From a virus (lineage: Duplodnaviria > Caudoviricetes), in IMG/VR virus record IMGVR_UViG_3300027987_000011, positions 1-56,191 of that record: DNA of 56,191 bases; one strand, given 5' to 3'. A program made the position numbers and the translations under genes. How positions within the stretch are numbered: position 1 is the first letter of the stretch; each line of letters starts with the position of its first letter. This document shows, one piece after another, positions 1 through 7,316 of this stretch. The notes below the pieces were generated by a model. The model made no database searches. It was not told the origin of the DNA and saw only the letters and a program-made list of their open reading frames with translations.

Positions 1-40
1 AGCGGACCCCCTGACAGACCCGAAACGCGCCCGAATAGAC

Positions 41-69
41 TGTAACAATTTCGCCCGGATTGTAACAAT
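41..69 (+). repeat. Direct repeat TGTAACAAT x2, 20 bp apart
   Basis: Identical AT-rich 9-mers at 41-49 and 61-69 in a GC-rich background, about two helical turns apart, near the window end. Confidence 0.6.
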
Positions 70-101
70 GCGACGCACCCGCAGACAGGCACAGACAGCC
101 C

Positions 102-279
102 CCAGGGGGCTCCCAGGGCGCGCCCTGGGGGCTCGCAGGGGTGCGCCCAGGGGTGTCCTGGGGGGGTGCGCCTGGGGGCTGTCCTGGGGCACCCTGGGGC
201 GCTGTAGCTGGCGCAAGCTGGGGCACCCTGGGGCGCTCCCAGGGGCGCACCCTGGGGGGTGCCCTGGGGGGTGCCCAGG
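102..279. repeat. Helically phased CCWGG/G-tract array
   Basis: CCWGG starts at 102,113,124,147,157,171,183,193,227,239,251,263,275, plus GCWGG variants at 135,207,217. Spacing is 10-14 bp and most copies run into G tracts. Confidence 0.85.
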
Positions 280-320
280 CGCGGGGGCACCTAGCGGAAG
301 ACGTTGGGGCACTTGCAGAT

Positions 321-540
321 ACAGTACTAGATTCGTCGCGGGTAGTACTACTTTCGTCGCGGGTACCTCGCACCACAGTACTAGGATGGGCGCGGGTAGC
401 GGGGGGTCGGATCGCCCCTCGCGAGACAGTACTAGATCCGTCGCGGGTAGCAGGCTCGAAGCCCGCAGACACAGTACTAGATCCGTCGCGGGTAGCGGGC
501 TCCAGCCCTGCGCGGACAGTACTAGAATCGCCTCGGGTAC
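321..540 (+). repeat. Array of 25-bp direct repeats, consensus ACAGTACTAGATCCGTCGCGGGTAG, with hairpin spacers
   Basis: Copies at 321-345, 375-399, 426-450, 471-495, 516-540, plus an overlapping core copy at 345-366. The 426 and 471 copies are identical. Spacers are 20-29 bp, three with short stem-loops. Confidence 0.9.
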
Positions 541-565
541 ACACCCTGGGAGCGGTTCTGCTGTG

Positions 566-594
566 TTGACCCGTGGGGCATATGCCCCCATCAT
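566..594 (+). promoter_or_regulatory. Sigma70-like promoter with palindromic operator in the spacer
   Basis: TTGACC (566-571), 17 bp, CATCAT (589-594). The spacer holds the perfect palindrome GGGGCATATGCCCC (575-588). Lies 65 bp upstream of the ATPase ATG. Confidence 0.55.
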
Positions 595-659
595 TCAGAG
601 CGGCAGGGCAACCGTGCCCGCCGCCTCACTCCACCTGGGCTTTGCCCGGAGGATGCGCC

Positions 660-1721
660 ATGTCGGCCATGAGTTCCGTAGTACCCGACCTCACACCCTC
701 AGAGTTGGACATCCTGCTTACCGCAGCGATGCCAGCCCGGAAGCCCGTGATCGTCACGGGCGCACCGGGGGTCGGTAAGACCCAGATCATCCGGCAGGTG
801 ACGGCAAGGCTGGGCTTCAATCTCGTTCTCTCTCACCCTGCGGTCGAAGACCCGACCGTACCCGCAGGCTTCCCGTTCCCGTCGCCTGACGGGACGCACG
901 CGACGTTCCTCCCGTTCGGTAACACCTTCAAGGTGCTCCAGGCTGACGGGGGACCCATCACGGTGTGGTTCCTCGACGACTTCGGGCAGGCGACGAACGC
1001 GACCCAGGCAGGGTACATGCAGTTCCTCCTGGGCGGTCAGCTTGGCGAGCACAAGCTGCCCGACAACGTGGTGATGATCCTCGCGACGAACCGGCGCATT
1101 GACCGCGCCAACGTCGGCGGGATTCTGGAGACAGTGAAGTCGCGGGCCGTCACCATCGTGAATCTCGTGCCGGATCTGAACGACTGGTGCATCTGGGCGT
1201 TCGCGAACGGCATCGACCCCATCCTCATCGCGTTCCTGCGGTTCCGGCCCGACTTGCTGTGCGCGTTCGAGCCGACCGCCGACCTCACCAACAGCCCGCT
1301 CCCTCGCACCTGGGAGAACTTCAACGAGATCCTGTCCTGGGGTCTGCCGAAGGGGCTCCGCTCGAAGGCGCTGGGCGGCTCGACGGGTGTGCCCGCGACG
1401 ACGGAGTACGAAGCGTTCGAGTCGATGTTCAAGCAGCTTCCGAACATCGACGGCATCCTGTTGGACCCGGACAACGCGAAGATCCCCGACAGCCCCGGCG
1501 CGCTGTACGCAGTGACGACCGCGCTCGCGAGCAAGGTCAACGTCTCCAACTTCGGGCGCATCATCCGGTACGGCGAGCGGCTGATGGATGCGATGCACGG
1601 CGAGTTCGCTGCGCTCCTGATGAGGGACTGCACGCGCAGGGACCCCGACGTTGAGAACACCACCGACTTCACCCGGATGATCTCCGGGGACCTCGGTGGG
1701 CTGATCGGGGGGGCACTCTGA
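660..1721 (+). CDS. MoxR/AAA_5-like ATPase
   Basis: Walker A GAPGVGKT, Walker B WFLDD, sensor ATNR and a PRTW motif. Start moved to ATG 660 after GGAGG (648-652). Confidence 0.85.
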   Translation: MSAMSSVVPDLTPSELDILLTAAMPARKPVIVTGAPGVGKTQIIRQVTARLGFNLVLSHPAVEDPTVPAGFPFPSPDGTHATFLPFGNTFKVLQADGGPITVWFLDDFGQATNATQAGYMQFLLGGQLGEHKLPDNVVMILATNRRIDRANVGGILETVKSRAVTIVNLVPDLNDWCIWAFANGIDPILIAFLRFRPDLLCAFEPTADLTNSPLPRTWENFNEILSWGLPKGLRSKALGGSTGVPATTEYEAFESMFKQLPNIDGILLDPDNAKIPDSPGALYAVTTALASKVNVSNFGRIIRYGERLMDAMHGEFAALLMRDCTRRDPDVENTTDFTRMISGDLGGLIGGAL

Positions 1722-2611
1722 TGACTGACACCACGATTCACTCCAGGGCGGTTCTCGTGAGCCTGTCCATCTCGTCGTGGGCGGCTCGCAAGTTCGACAG
1801 GGTGGTCAGCGAGGAGACGACCCGCGCACACGGTGCGAAGGCAGATGCGGGCCGGTTCAACAAGGTGCTGATGCCCGCGAAGGAAGTGGCGGGCGCTGAC
1901 GCCTACTACGACCTCATCGCGCTCGTTCAGGACACGCGGAAGTGGCACTACGCGAACACGCTTCCTTGGACTGACGGCACGTCGGGATGGCGGCTGCTGC
2001 CTTCCGCCAACTTCATGCAGTACAGCGATCACACCCGCAGGGTAGCGGCTGACTTCGAGCGGATGGCAGACACGTTCGAGGTTGCGTACCCGTACCTGCG
2101 GGAGAAGGCACGCGAGCGGCTGTCGGATCTGTGGCGCGAGCAGGACTACCCGTCCATCGCGGAGATCCGCAGGAAGTTCGCGTTCAGGTTGGAGTACGCG
2201 CCCCTCCCGGCGCACGGCGACTTCCGCCTGGACCTCCCCAGCGCCACGCTGAACGATCTGGAGTCGCAGGTGCAGGACCGGATCACGCGGGCCACGCAGG
2301 CTGCGGCTGCGGACTGCTGGGAGCGTCTGCACACGGTCGTGTCGAACATGCACGAGCGGCTGACCGACGAGCGCACGGGGATCTTCCGCGACACGCTCGT
2401 GACCAACGTGCGCGATCTGGTGGACGTGCTCGCACGTCTCAACGTGACCGACGATCCGCAGTTGGAGCAGATGAGGGTGCGCGTGATGACGCAGCTTGCC
2501 GTACACGAGCCGCAGACGCTTCGGGACGACCCGGAGGTACGGCAGGACACCGCAGCGAAGGCAGCGGCGATTCTGGACGCCATGTCGGCGGTCTACGGGG
2601 GTGCGCGATGA
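1721..2611 (+). CDS. DUF3150-like helical protein
   Basis: AVLVSLSISSWAARKFD start, TLPW...GWRLLP and DYPS..EIRRKFAF motifs. Translationally coupled between the ATPase and VWA genes. Confidence 0.6.
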   Translation: MTDTTIHSRAVLVSLSISSWAARKFDRVVSEETTRAHGAKADAGRFNKVLMPAKEVAGADAYYDLIALVQDTRKWHYANTLPWTDGTSGWRLLPSANFMQYSDHTRRVAADFERMADTFEVAYPYLREKARERLSDLWREQDYPSIAEIRRKFAFRLEYAPLPAHGDFRLDLPSATLNDLESQVQDRITRATQAAAADCWERLHTVVSNMHERLTDERTGIFRDTLVTNVRDLVDVLARLNVTDDPQLEQMRVRVMTQLAVHEPQTLRDDPEVRQDTAAKAAAILDAMSAVYGGAR

Positions 2612-3963
2612 GAACCGCAGCGGAGAAGATGCAGGCTGCGCGCACCTCGCTGGTGCTCGACAGCCGCACGGCTTTCTTCGGGGTCCTGGCCCTGAAGCTG
2701 AAGATCGTCCCCGACCCGACGTGCGAGCGTGCGTGGGTCGATGGGGTGAGCCTGGGCTACAACCCCACCTACATCGACAGCCTCACGCTCGACAGGGTGA
2801 AGGGTGTGGTCATGCACGAAGTGCTGCACCCCGCGATGGGTCACAACTGGCGCAGGGACGGGCGCAGCCCCAAGCGGTACAACCGTGCCTGCGACTACGC
2901 GATCAACCCCATCATCGTCGAGTCGGGCTTCACGCTTCCTGACAACGTGTGCCTGGACGATGCGTACAAGGGCAAGTCGGCTGAGTGGATCTACGCTCGC
3001 CTGGACGACGAGCCCGAAGACCCCCAGGCGGGGGACGAAGGGGACAGCGGGGACGATGGCGACGAAGGGGGCCAGGAAGCCGCTGGGGGCTCCCAGGGCG
3101 ACGACGACGACGGGGACGGGCAGCAGAGCCCCGGAGACGGCGACGACGGCTCCCAGGGCGATTCTGGGGACGACGACGGGGACGGGGACGGCACGGGCGA
3201 CGGGCAGGGTGACGACGGGCAGGGGTCAGGTACCGCTCCGGGGTCGGGTACCCCCGACCTCACCTCGAACACCTGGGACGGTGTGAGGGACGCACCTGCC
3301 GACGCAGCGGAGCAGGATGCGGGTGAGGCCGACTGGAAGCGGTTCGTCCAAGAGGCCGCGAACGCTGCCGCAGCGCAGGGCAATCTCCCTGGCAACCTGA
3401 AGCGGTTCGTCGAGGAGATCACGCGGCAGCGCATGGACTGGCGGTCACTGCTGCGGCGGTTCATGCAGGAAGCGTCGAAGCTGGACTACACGTTCACCCG
3501 CCCGAACCGCGCCTACGTTCCTCACGGGCTGTACGTCCCCTCGCTGCACGCGGAGGGGATGGGTCCTGTGGTGGTCGGCTTCGATACGAGCATGAGCATC
3601 GACGACATCACGGTGTCGGTGTTCGGTGGTGAGACGCGGGACGTGATCGACGAAGCGCAGCCGATCCGCACTCACGTCGTGTACTGCGACACGCGGGTAG
3701 CGCATGTGGACACGTTCGAGCAGGGCGACCCTGTGGAGATCGTGCCGCATGGCGGGGGGGGAACGGACTTCCGCCCCGTGTTCGAGTACGCGGACAGCCT
3801 GGACGAGCCGCCTGCGGCTCTGATCTACCTCACCGACTTGATGGGGGACTTCCCAGAGCACGCACCCGACTACCCGGTGTTCTGGGCCACGGTGAAGCCC
3901 CTGAGAGAGCTTCCTGAGTACTACCACCCCCCGTTCGGGGAGGTAGTGGAGATCGACTGCTGA
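2608..3963 (+). CDS. DUF2201-type HExxH metallopeptidase-like + VWA-like protein
   Basis: HEVLH and NRACDYAIN motifs, a D/G-rich linker, MIDAS-like DTSMS, GGGGTDF and IYLTD. ATGA overlap with the upstream gene fixes the start at 2608. Confidence 0.85.
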   Translation: MRTAAEKMQAARTSLVLDSRTAFFGVLALKLKIVPDPTCERAWVDGVSLGYNPTYIDSLTLDRVKGVVMHEVLHPAMGHNWRRDGRSPKRYNRACDYAINPIIVESGFTLPDNVCLDDAYKGKSAEWIYARLDDEPEDPQAGDEGDSGDDGDEGGQEAAGGSQGDDDDGDGQQSPGDGDDGSQGDSGDDDGDGDGTGDGQGDDGQGSGTAPGSGTPDLTSNTWDGVRDAPADAAEQDAGEADWKRFVQEAANAAAAQGNLPGNLKRFVEEITRQRMDWRSLLRRFMQEASKLDYTFTRPNRAYVPHGLYVPSLHAEGMGPVVVGFDTSMSIDDITVSVFGGETRDVIDEAQPIRTHVVYCDTRVAHVDTFEQGDPVEIVPHGGGGTDFRPVFEYADSLDEPPAALIYLTDLMGDFPEHAPDYPVFWATVKPLRELPEYYHPPFGEVVEIDC

Positions 3964-4586
3964 TGGCACGCAGACGGTGGTACTGCCCGCAGTGCGGGGG
4001 GGGCATCCTCGCCCCCTCCCGCATGGCGGCAGACGACACACGGCGCTTCTGTCTGGAGTGCTCCGCGAAGTCACCGAAGCTGGTGGCCCGGACGTGCCCC
4101 AGCATGGAGCGGGTACGCGAGCGCAAGCAGGAGACGCGCAACCGACGCGAGCGCAACAGGCGGCAGCGCGAACGCGACAAGCTGTACCGTCTCACCGATG
4201 GGTCTGATCTGCGCGTGCTGATCCGTCGCGTGAAGGCGCTCACGACGTGGCGGAAGGAAGGCGAGCGGGTACGTCCCGCCCTGTCGAAGCTCACGGTCGA
4301 GGTGACAGACTCGCATCGCAGCATGGACGCTGACGGGTTTGTGATGGACATGATCGGCAGGTGCGCGTCGCGGACGCTGGAGGTTGTGCGGAAGACCCGC
4401 TCGGAGTCGAACCTGCGTAGCTTGATTCTCGCTGCGGGGTGCGAGTACTTCGGGCTGGATCAGGCAGACGTGATCCGACGCCACAGGGTGACGCACGCGC
4501 TGCGCGGCAGGGCAGACGACAAGCTGTACTACCCACCCACAATCATCGCAGCCGCCAGGGCTGCTAGGAGCGAACACGATGGGTAA
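3963..4586 (+). CDS. Hypothetical basic protein with N-terminal Zn ribbon
   Basis: CPQC and CLEC motifs. Start overlaps the previous stop. Confidence 0.6.
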   Translation: MARRRWYCPQCGGGILAPSRMAADDTRRFCLECSAKSPKLVARTCPSMERVRERKQETRNRRERNRRQRERDKLYRLTDGSDLRVLIRRVKALTTWRKEGERVRPALSKLTVEVTDSHRSMDADGFVMDMIGRCASRTLEVVRKTRSESNLRSLILAAGCEYFGLDQADVIRRHRVTHALRGRADDKLYYPPTIIAAARAARSEHDG

Positions 4587-4833
4587 GGTGCGCATCGACA
4601 AAACCATCTTGCGGGGGGATCGCGTCGGCCACGCCGACCGCTTCCTCGAAGACACGGGGCAGTTCACAAAGACCGACCGGGGACCCGACGCGCCGTGCCA
4701 CTGGGGCCACAACGCACGGGGCACGGTGAAGCACCGCGCCAACGGGTCAGCGTGGGTCACGGTCGAGTGGGACGACGGGGTGATCCGCAAGCACCTCGCG
4801 GGCAACCTGAAGCGGGTCAGCGACGACGGCTGA
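4579..4833 (+). CDS. Small hypothetical protein (SH3-like beta barrel?)
   Basis: Preceded by AGGAG. GDRV...GTV...VTVEWDDG pattern. Confidence 0.65.
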   Translation: MGKVRIDKTILRGDRVGHADRFLEDTGQFTKTDRGPDAPCHWGHNARGTVKHRANGSAWVTVEWDDGVIRKHLAGNLKRVSDDG

Positions 4834-4839
4834 TCCGTA

Positions 4840-4879
4840 GTACCATCATCTCCACGGGTACTTCGCTTCGGCGGGTACC
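4840..4879 (+). promoter_or_regulatory. Intergenic GTAC-N11-CGGGTA motif plus an overlapping N10 variant
   Basis: GTAC CATCATCTCCA CGGGTA at 4840-4860, overlapped by GTAC TTCGCTTCGG CGGGTAC. Same core as the 321-540 array. Confidence 0.65.
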
Positions 4880-4910
4880 CTCCACACCTGGGCGATGCCC
4901 GGAGGAACAC

Positions 4911-5375
4911 ATGAGAACCGATACCTGCTTCTTCTGCCGCCAGGACATCACGGACGGCGCGAAGGAATCTGGCTGGACCGGCCTTGGCCCCGACTGGATG
5001 GTCGATGGCGACTTCGGCTGCGACAAGAACCCGATCACGGGCGAGGAAGGCTGCGGTGGGCACATGACCCGCGAGGAAGCGATGGAGATTCTGACCCTCG
5101 CGCAGTTGGACGGACCCCTCGGGATGTTCGAGTTGATGCGCGAGCGGCTGTACGGCTCCCCTGCGTCGATGCGTGCAGAGGCCGATAGGCTGCTCGCGAA
5201 CGTCTGCGCGGATCTGATCCTCGTCGCGAAGGCCAGGGACGAGCGCCCGGACTTCGAGCGCAAGATGCGCGAGACGGTCGCGAAGAACCTCACCGACCTC
5301 GGCGCGGCGATCACGGGGGGCGGCTGGCCCGATCCGTTCCCCTACATCCGCCACGGGGGAGACGAGCGCATATGA
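4911..5375 (+). CDS. Hypothetical protein with Cys/His-rich N-terminus
   Basis: ATG 4911 after GGAGG. CFFC...C...C..H pattern. Confidence 0.65.
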   Translation: MRTDTCFFCRQDITDGAKESGWTGLGPDWMVDGDFGCDKNPITGEEGCGGHMTREEAMEILTLAQLDGPLGMFELMRERLYGSPASMRAEADRLLANVCADLILVAKARDERPDFERKMRETVAKNLTDLGAAITGGGWPDPFPYIRHGGDERI

Positions 5376-5923
5376 GCGCCCGTGTCCGCAACATCCAGAA
5401 TTGGAAGCCGACCCCGCTGGGCAGGAAGTGCGGCGGCTGCGACCTATGCTGCGTGAACCTGCCCATCGTCGCCCTGGAGAAGCTGGCGGGTGAGCGATGC
5501 CAGCACGCACAGGGGGACGGCTGCGCGATCTACGCAGACCGCCCCAAAGAGTGTGCCGACTACGGGTGCCTGTGGATCTTCGGGCAGGGCACCTGGGATC
5601 AGCGACCGGACAGGATGGGCGCGTGCCCGACGCGCACCGACAACGGGCGGTACGATGCGCTGTACCTCGTGCCGCCGATGACACCTGTGAACCTCTCGTC
5701 AGGCGTTAGGGCGTGGGTCCGCAGCCAGCAGCGCAGGAGCAAGCCTGTCGTGCTACTGTGGGGCGAAGGGTACAGCATCTCCACGATCCTCCACCCGGAC
5801 GGGAGACGCGAAGACCGGAAGACAGAGTGGGTGGGACCCCTGACACAGATCATCGACAACCGCAAAAGGACCCTGACCGATGACGCGCCCGACGACCGTA
5901 CCCGAACCGATCACACTGGATGA
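5372..5923 (+). CDS. YkgJ-like CxxCxxCC cysteine-cluster protein
   Basis: CGGCDLCC...RCQH...CAIYADRPKEC..YGCLW pattern. Confidence 0.75.
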   Translation: MSARVRNIQNWKPTPLGRKCGGCDLCCVNLPIVALEKLAGERCQHAQGDGCAIYADRPKECADYGCLWIFGQGTWDQRPDRMGACPTRTDNGRYDALYLVPPMTPVNLSSGVRAWVRSQQRRSKPVVLLWGEGYSISTILHPDGRREDRKTEWVGPLTQIIDNRKRTLTDDAPDDRTRTDHTG

Positions 5924-6122
5924 TGAGATCGCAGTGCTGAAGCTGCGCATCGGTGAGTCGGGTCTGTCCGCTCGCCGTTTCGCGGTCGAGGTACTGCACC
6001 GTGACGAGCGCACGGTTCGCAGATGGATCTCTGGGGACGTTGACATCCCCAACTGCGTGCTCGACTGGCTGATCGAACCATCCCCTCACCCCTGGCCCCC
6101 GAAGAAGAGAGGCGCACGATGA
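5880..6122 (+). CDS. Small HTH DNA-binding protein (XRE/Cro-like)
   Basis: GLSARRFAVEVLHRDERTVRRWISGDVDIP pattern. Confidence 0.7.
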   Translation: MTRPTTVPEPITLDDEIAVLKLRIGESGLSARRFAVEVLHRDERTVRRWISGDVDIPNCVLDWLIEPSPHPWPPKKRGAR

Positions 6123-6322
6123 TTCTCACGTTCCTGATGGTCACGTTCCGGCTCGTCGGTGCCGTCGCTGTGCTGCTCATCGGGATTGCCTGGACGGCTT
6201 CACACCTCGACAGGTTCTTCGAGCACCCCACCTGGGATGGCGCGATGGCGCTCCTGGCCTTCGGCACGTTCGTCGGTACGATGACGCTGGTGGGGGCCTA
6301 CATGATCTTGACCATCCAGTAA
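6119..6322 (+). CDS. Small two-TM membrane protein
   Basis: Two hydrophobic stretches. ATGA overlap with the HTH gene. Confidence 0.65.
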   Translation: MILTFLMVTFRLVGAVAVLLIGIAWTASHLDRFFEHPTWDGAMALLAFGTFVGTMTLVGAYMILTIQ

Positions 6323-6340
6323 GCCCCGGAGGTAGGGTAG

Positions 6341-6377
6341 AGCCCCCGTGGTCCGCTCAGGGCCACGGGGGCTTTCT
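6341..6377. terminator. Hairpin terminator between convergent operons
   Basis: AGCCCCCGTGG (6341-6351) pairs with CCACGGGGGCT (6363-6373), followed by TTCT. Lies between the plus-strand stop at 6322 and the minus-strand stop at 6379. Confidence 0.75.
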
Positions 6378-6378
6378 G

Positions 6379-7023
6379 CTACCCCCTGGCGGGTGCGGGC
6401 ACGGGGTGATCGCTCCAGGCATACCCGAAGCGGGCCATCTCCCGGTGGTACCGCTCTTCGATCCACTCCCTGCACAGCGGGTCGAGCTTCGCGCTGTAGT
6501 GCTCGCCCCTGGGCTTCGGCATCGTGTGGTGCTGAGACTCCGACCGGATCAGTTCGTCGGGCCGTAGGGGAGGGAGCCCGTGCCGCTCCAGCAACGCAGC
6601 AACGTCTTCCCGCGTGTGGTCGAACCGGATCTCCTGGCAGTCCCGCACCTCCCAGAAGCTCGGGAACAGGATATGCGCTCCTCGCCGGTACAGCATCGGG
6701 TGACGCCACAGGTAGTACTCGAACCGCTCAGGCGTCGGCGGATTCCCGCCGATGCCCGCGTAGGCGATGGAGTGGAAGACCTCGAAGTGGTTCCTGTGGC
6801 TGGCGTACCACGTCCAGTCCTGCTCGTCTTCTAGGTACCAGTCCCACGAATCACCCGCCATTTCATAGTGCGACGGGCGCGGGTTCTCCGGTCCCCAGGG
6901 CACGCCGTGATGCCCGTACAGTTGGGAGAACCCCCTGCGCTTCAGAACCTCTTGCCCGATCTCCCTAGATGCCGTCCGGGGGTTCGCGATGAACGCGACC
7001 TTGCACTGCCTGGAGATCCACAC
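6379..7023 (-). CDS. Sulfotransferase family 2-like protein
   Basis: WISRQCKVAFIANPRTAS (5'-PSB loop-like), HRNHFEVFHS (3'-PB-like), IRFD, and C-terminal HY...ERYHREMARFGYAW typical of the family. GTG start at 7023. Confidence 0.7.
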   Translation of the reverse strand: MWISRQCKVAFIANPRTASREIGQEVLKRRGFSQLYGHHGVPWGPENPRPSHYEMAGDSWDWYLEDEQDWTWYASHRNHFEVFHSIAYAGIGGNPPTPERFEYYLWRHPMLYRRGAHILFPSFWEVRDCQEIRFDHTREDVAALLERHGLPPLRPDELIRSESQHHTMPKPRGEHYSAKLDPLCREWIEERYHREMARFGYAWSDHPVPAPARG

Positions 7024-7024
7024 G

Positions 7025-7246
7025 TCAGGGCTTCCCCTGTCCCTTCGCTGCGTCGAGGCGACGCTGGTACTCCGCATCTTCCTCGGCCTGCTTGATCGCA
7101 GCCTCACGCTTCGCACGCTCGATCATCATGTCAGGCGTGCCGTGCTCGCTGACGATGGTCTTCGGCTTGCCCCTCGCCCAGATCGTCAGGGCGACGAGCG
7201 CGATGATGCCGACGAAGATCAGGAGCACGATGAAATTCTGGCCCAT
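7025..7246 (-). CDS. Small N-terminally anchored membrane protein
   Basis: Hydrophobic N-terminus and charged tail. GAGGTG RBS. Confidence 0.7.
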   Translation of the reverse strand: MGQNFIVLLIFVGIIALVALTIWARGKPKTIVSEHGTPDMMIERAKREAAIKQAEEDAEYQRRLDAAKGQGKP

Positions 7247-7262
7247 TGAGTCACCTCGCTTG

Positions 7263-7316
7263 GTACTGTGTGGGGGTCGGGTACCTAGTACTGCTCGGGC
7301 AGCGGGTACCTGTCAA
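7263..7316. promoter_or_regulatory. Tandem GTAC-N11-CGGGTAC motifs next to a minus-strand TTGACA
   Basis: Motifs at 7263-7284 and 7288-7309. TGTCAA at 7311-7316 reads TTGACA on the minus strand toward ORF 7025-7246. The -10 element is weak. Confidence 0.6.

Noticed and set aside
321-540. CRISPR array call
   Set aside because: No cas genes. Spacers are short (20-29 bp) and similar hairpins, repeats vary in the middle, and the core motif recurs singly elsewhere. Kept as a repeat feature and a finding.
573-659. Longer ATPase start at 573
   Set aside because: It overlaps the promoter. ATG 660 has a GGAGG RBS.
68-778. ORFs 68-778 and 141-569 with repetitive peptides (STRSVAG, DTVLD)
   Set aside because: They are translations of the two DNA repeat arrays. 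They lack an RBS, have low complexity and run over the promoter region.
2131-2607. N-terminal extension of the VWA ORF
   Set aside because: Out-of-frame overlap with 1721-2611. The ATGA coupling gives start 2608.
3040-3225. GACGACGACGGGGACGG-type repeats
   Set aside because: Explained by the D/G-rich protein linker, not an independent element.
4071-5684. Long antisense ORFs (also 1037-2506, 19434-21182, 34954-36405, 46590-48365, 50807-52327, 54120-55430)
   Set aside because: Shadow ORFs of high-GC genes, with no motifs and opposite well-supported CDSs.
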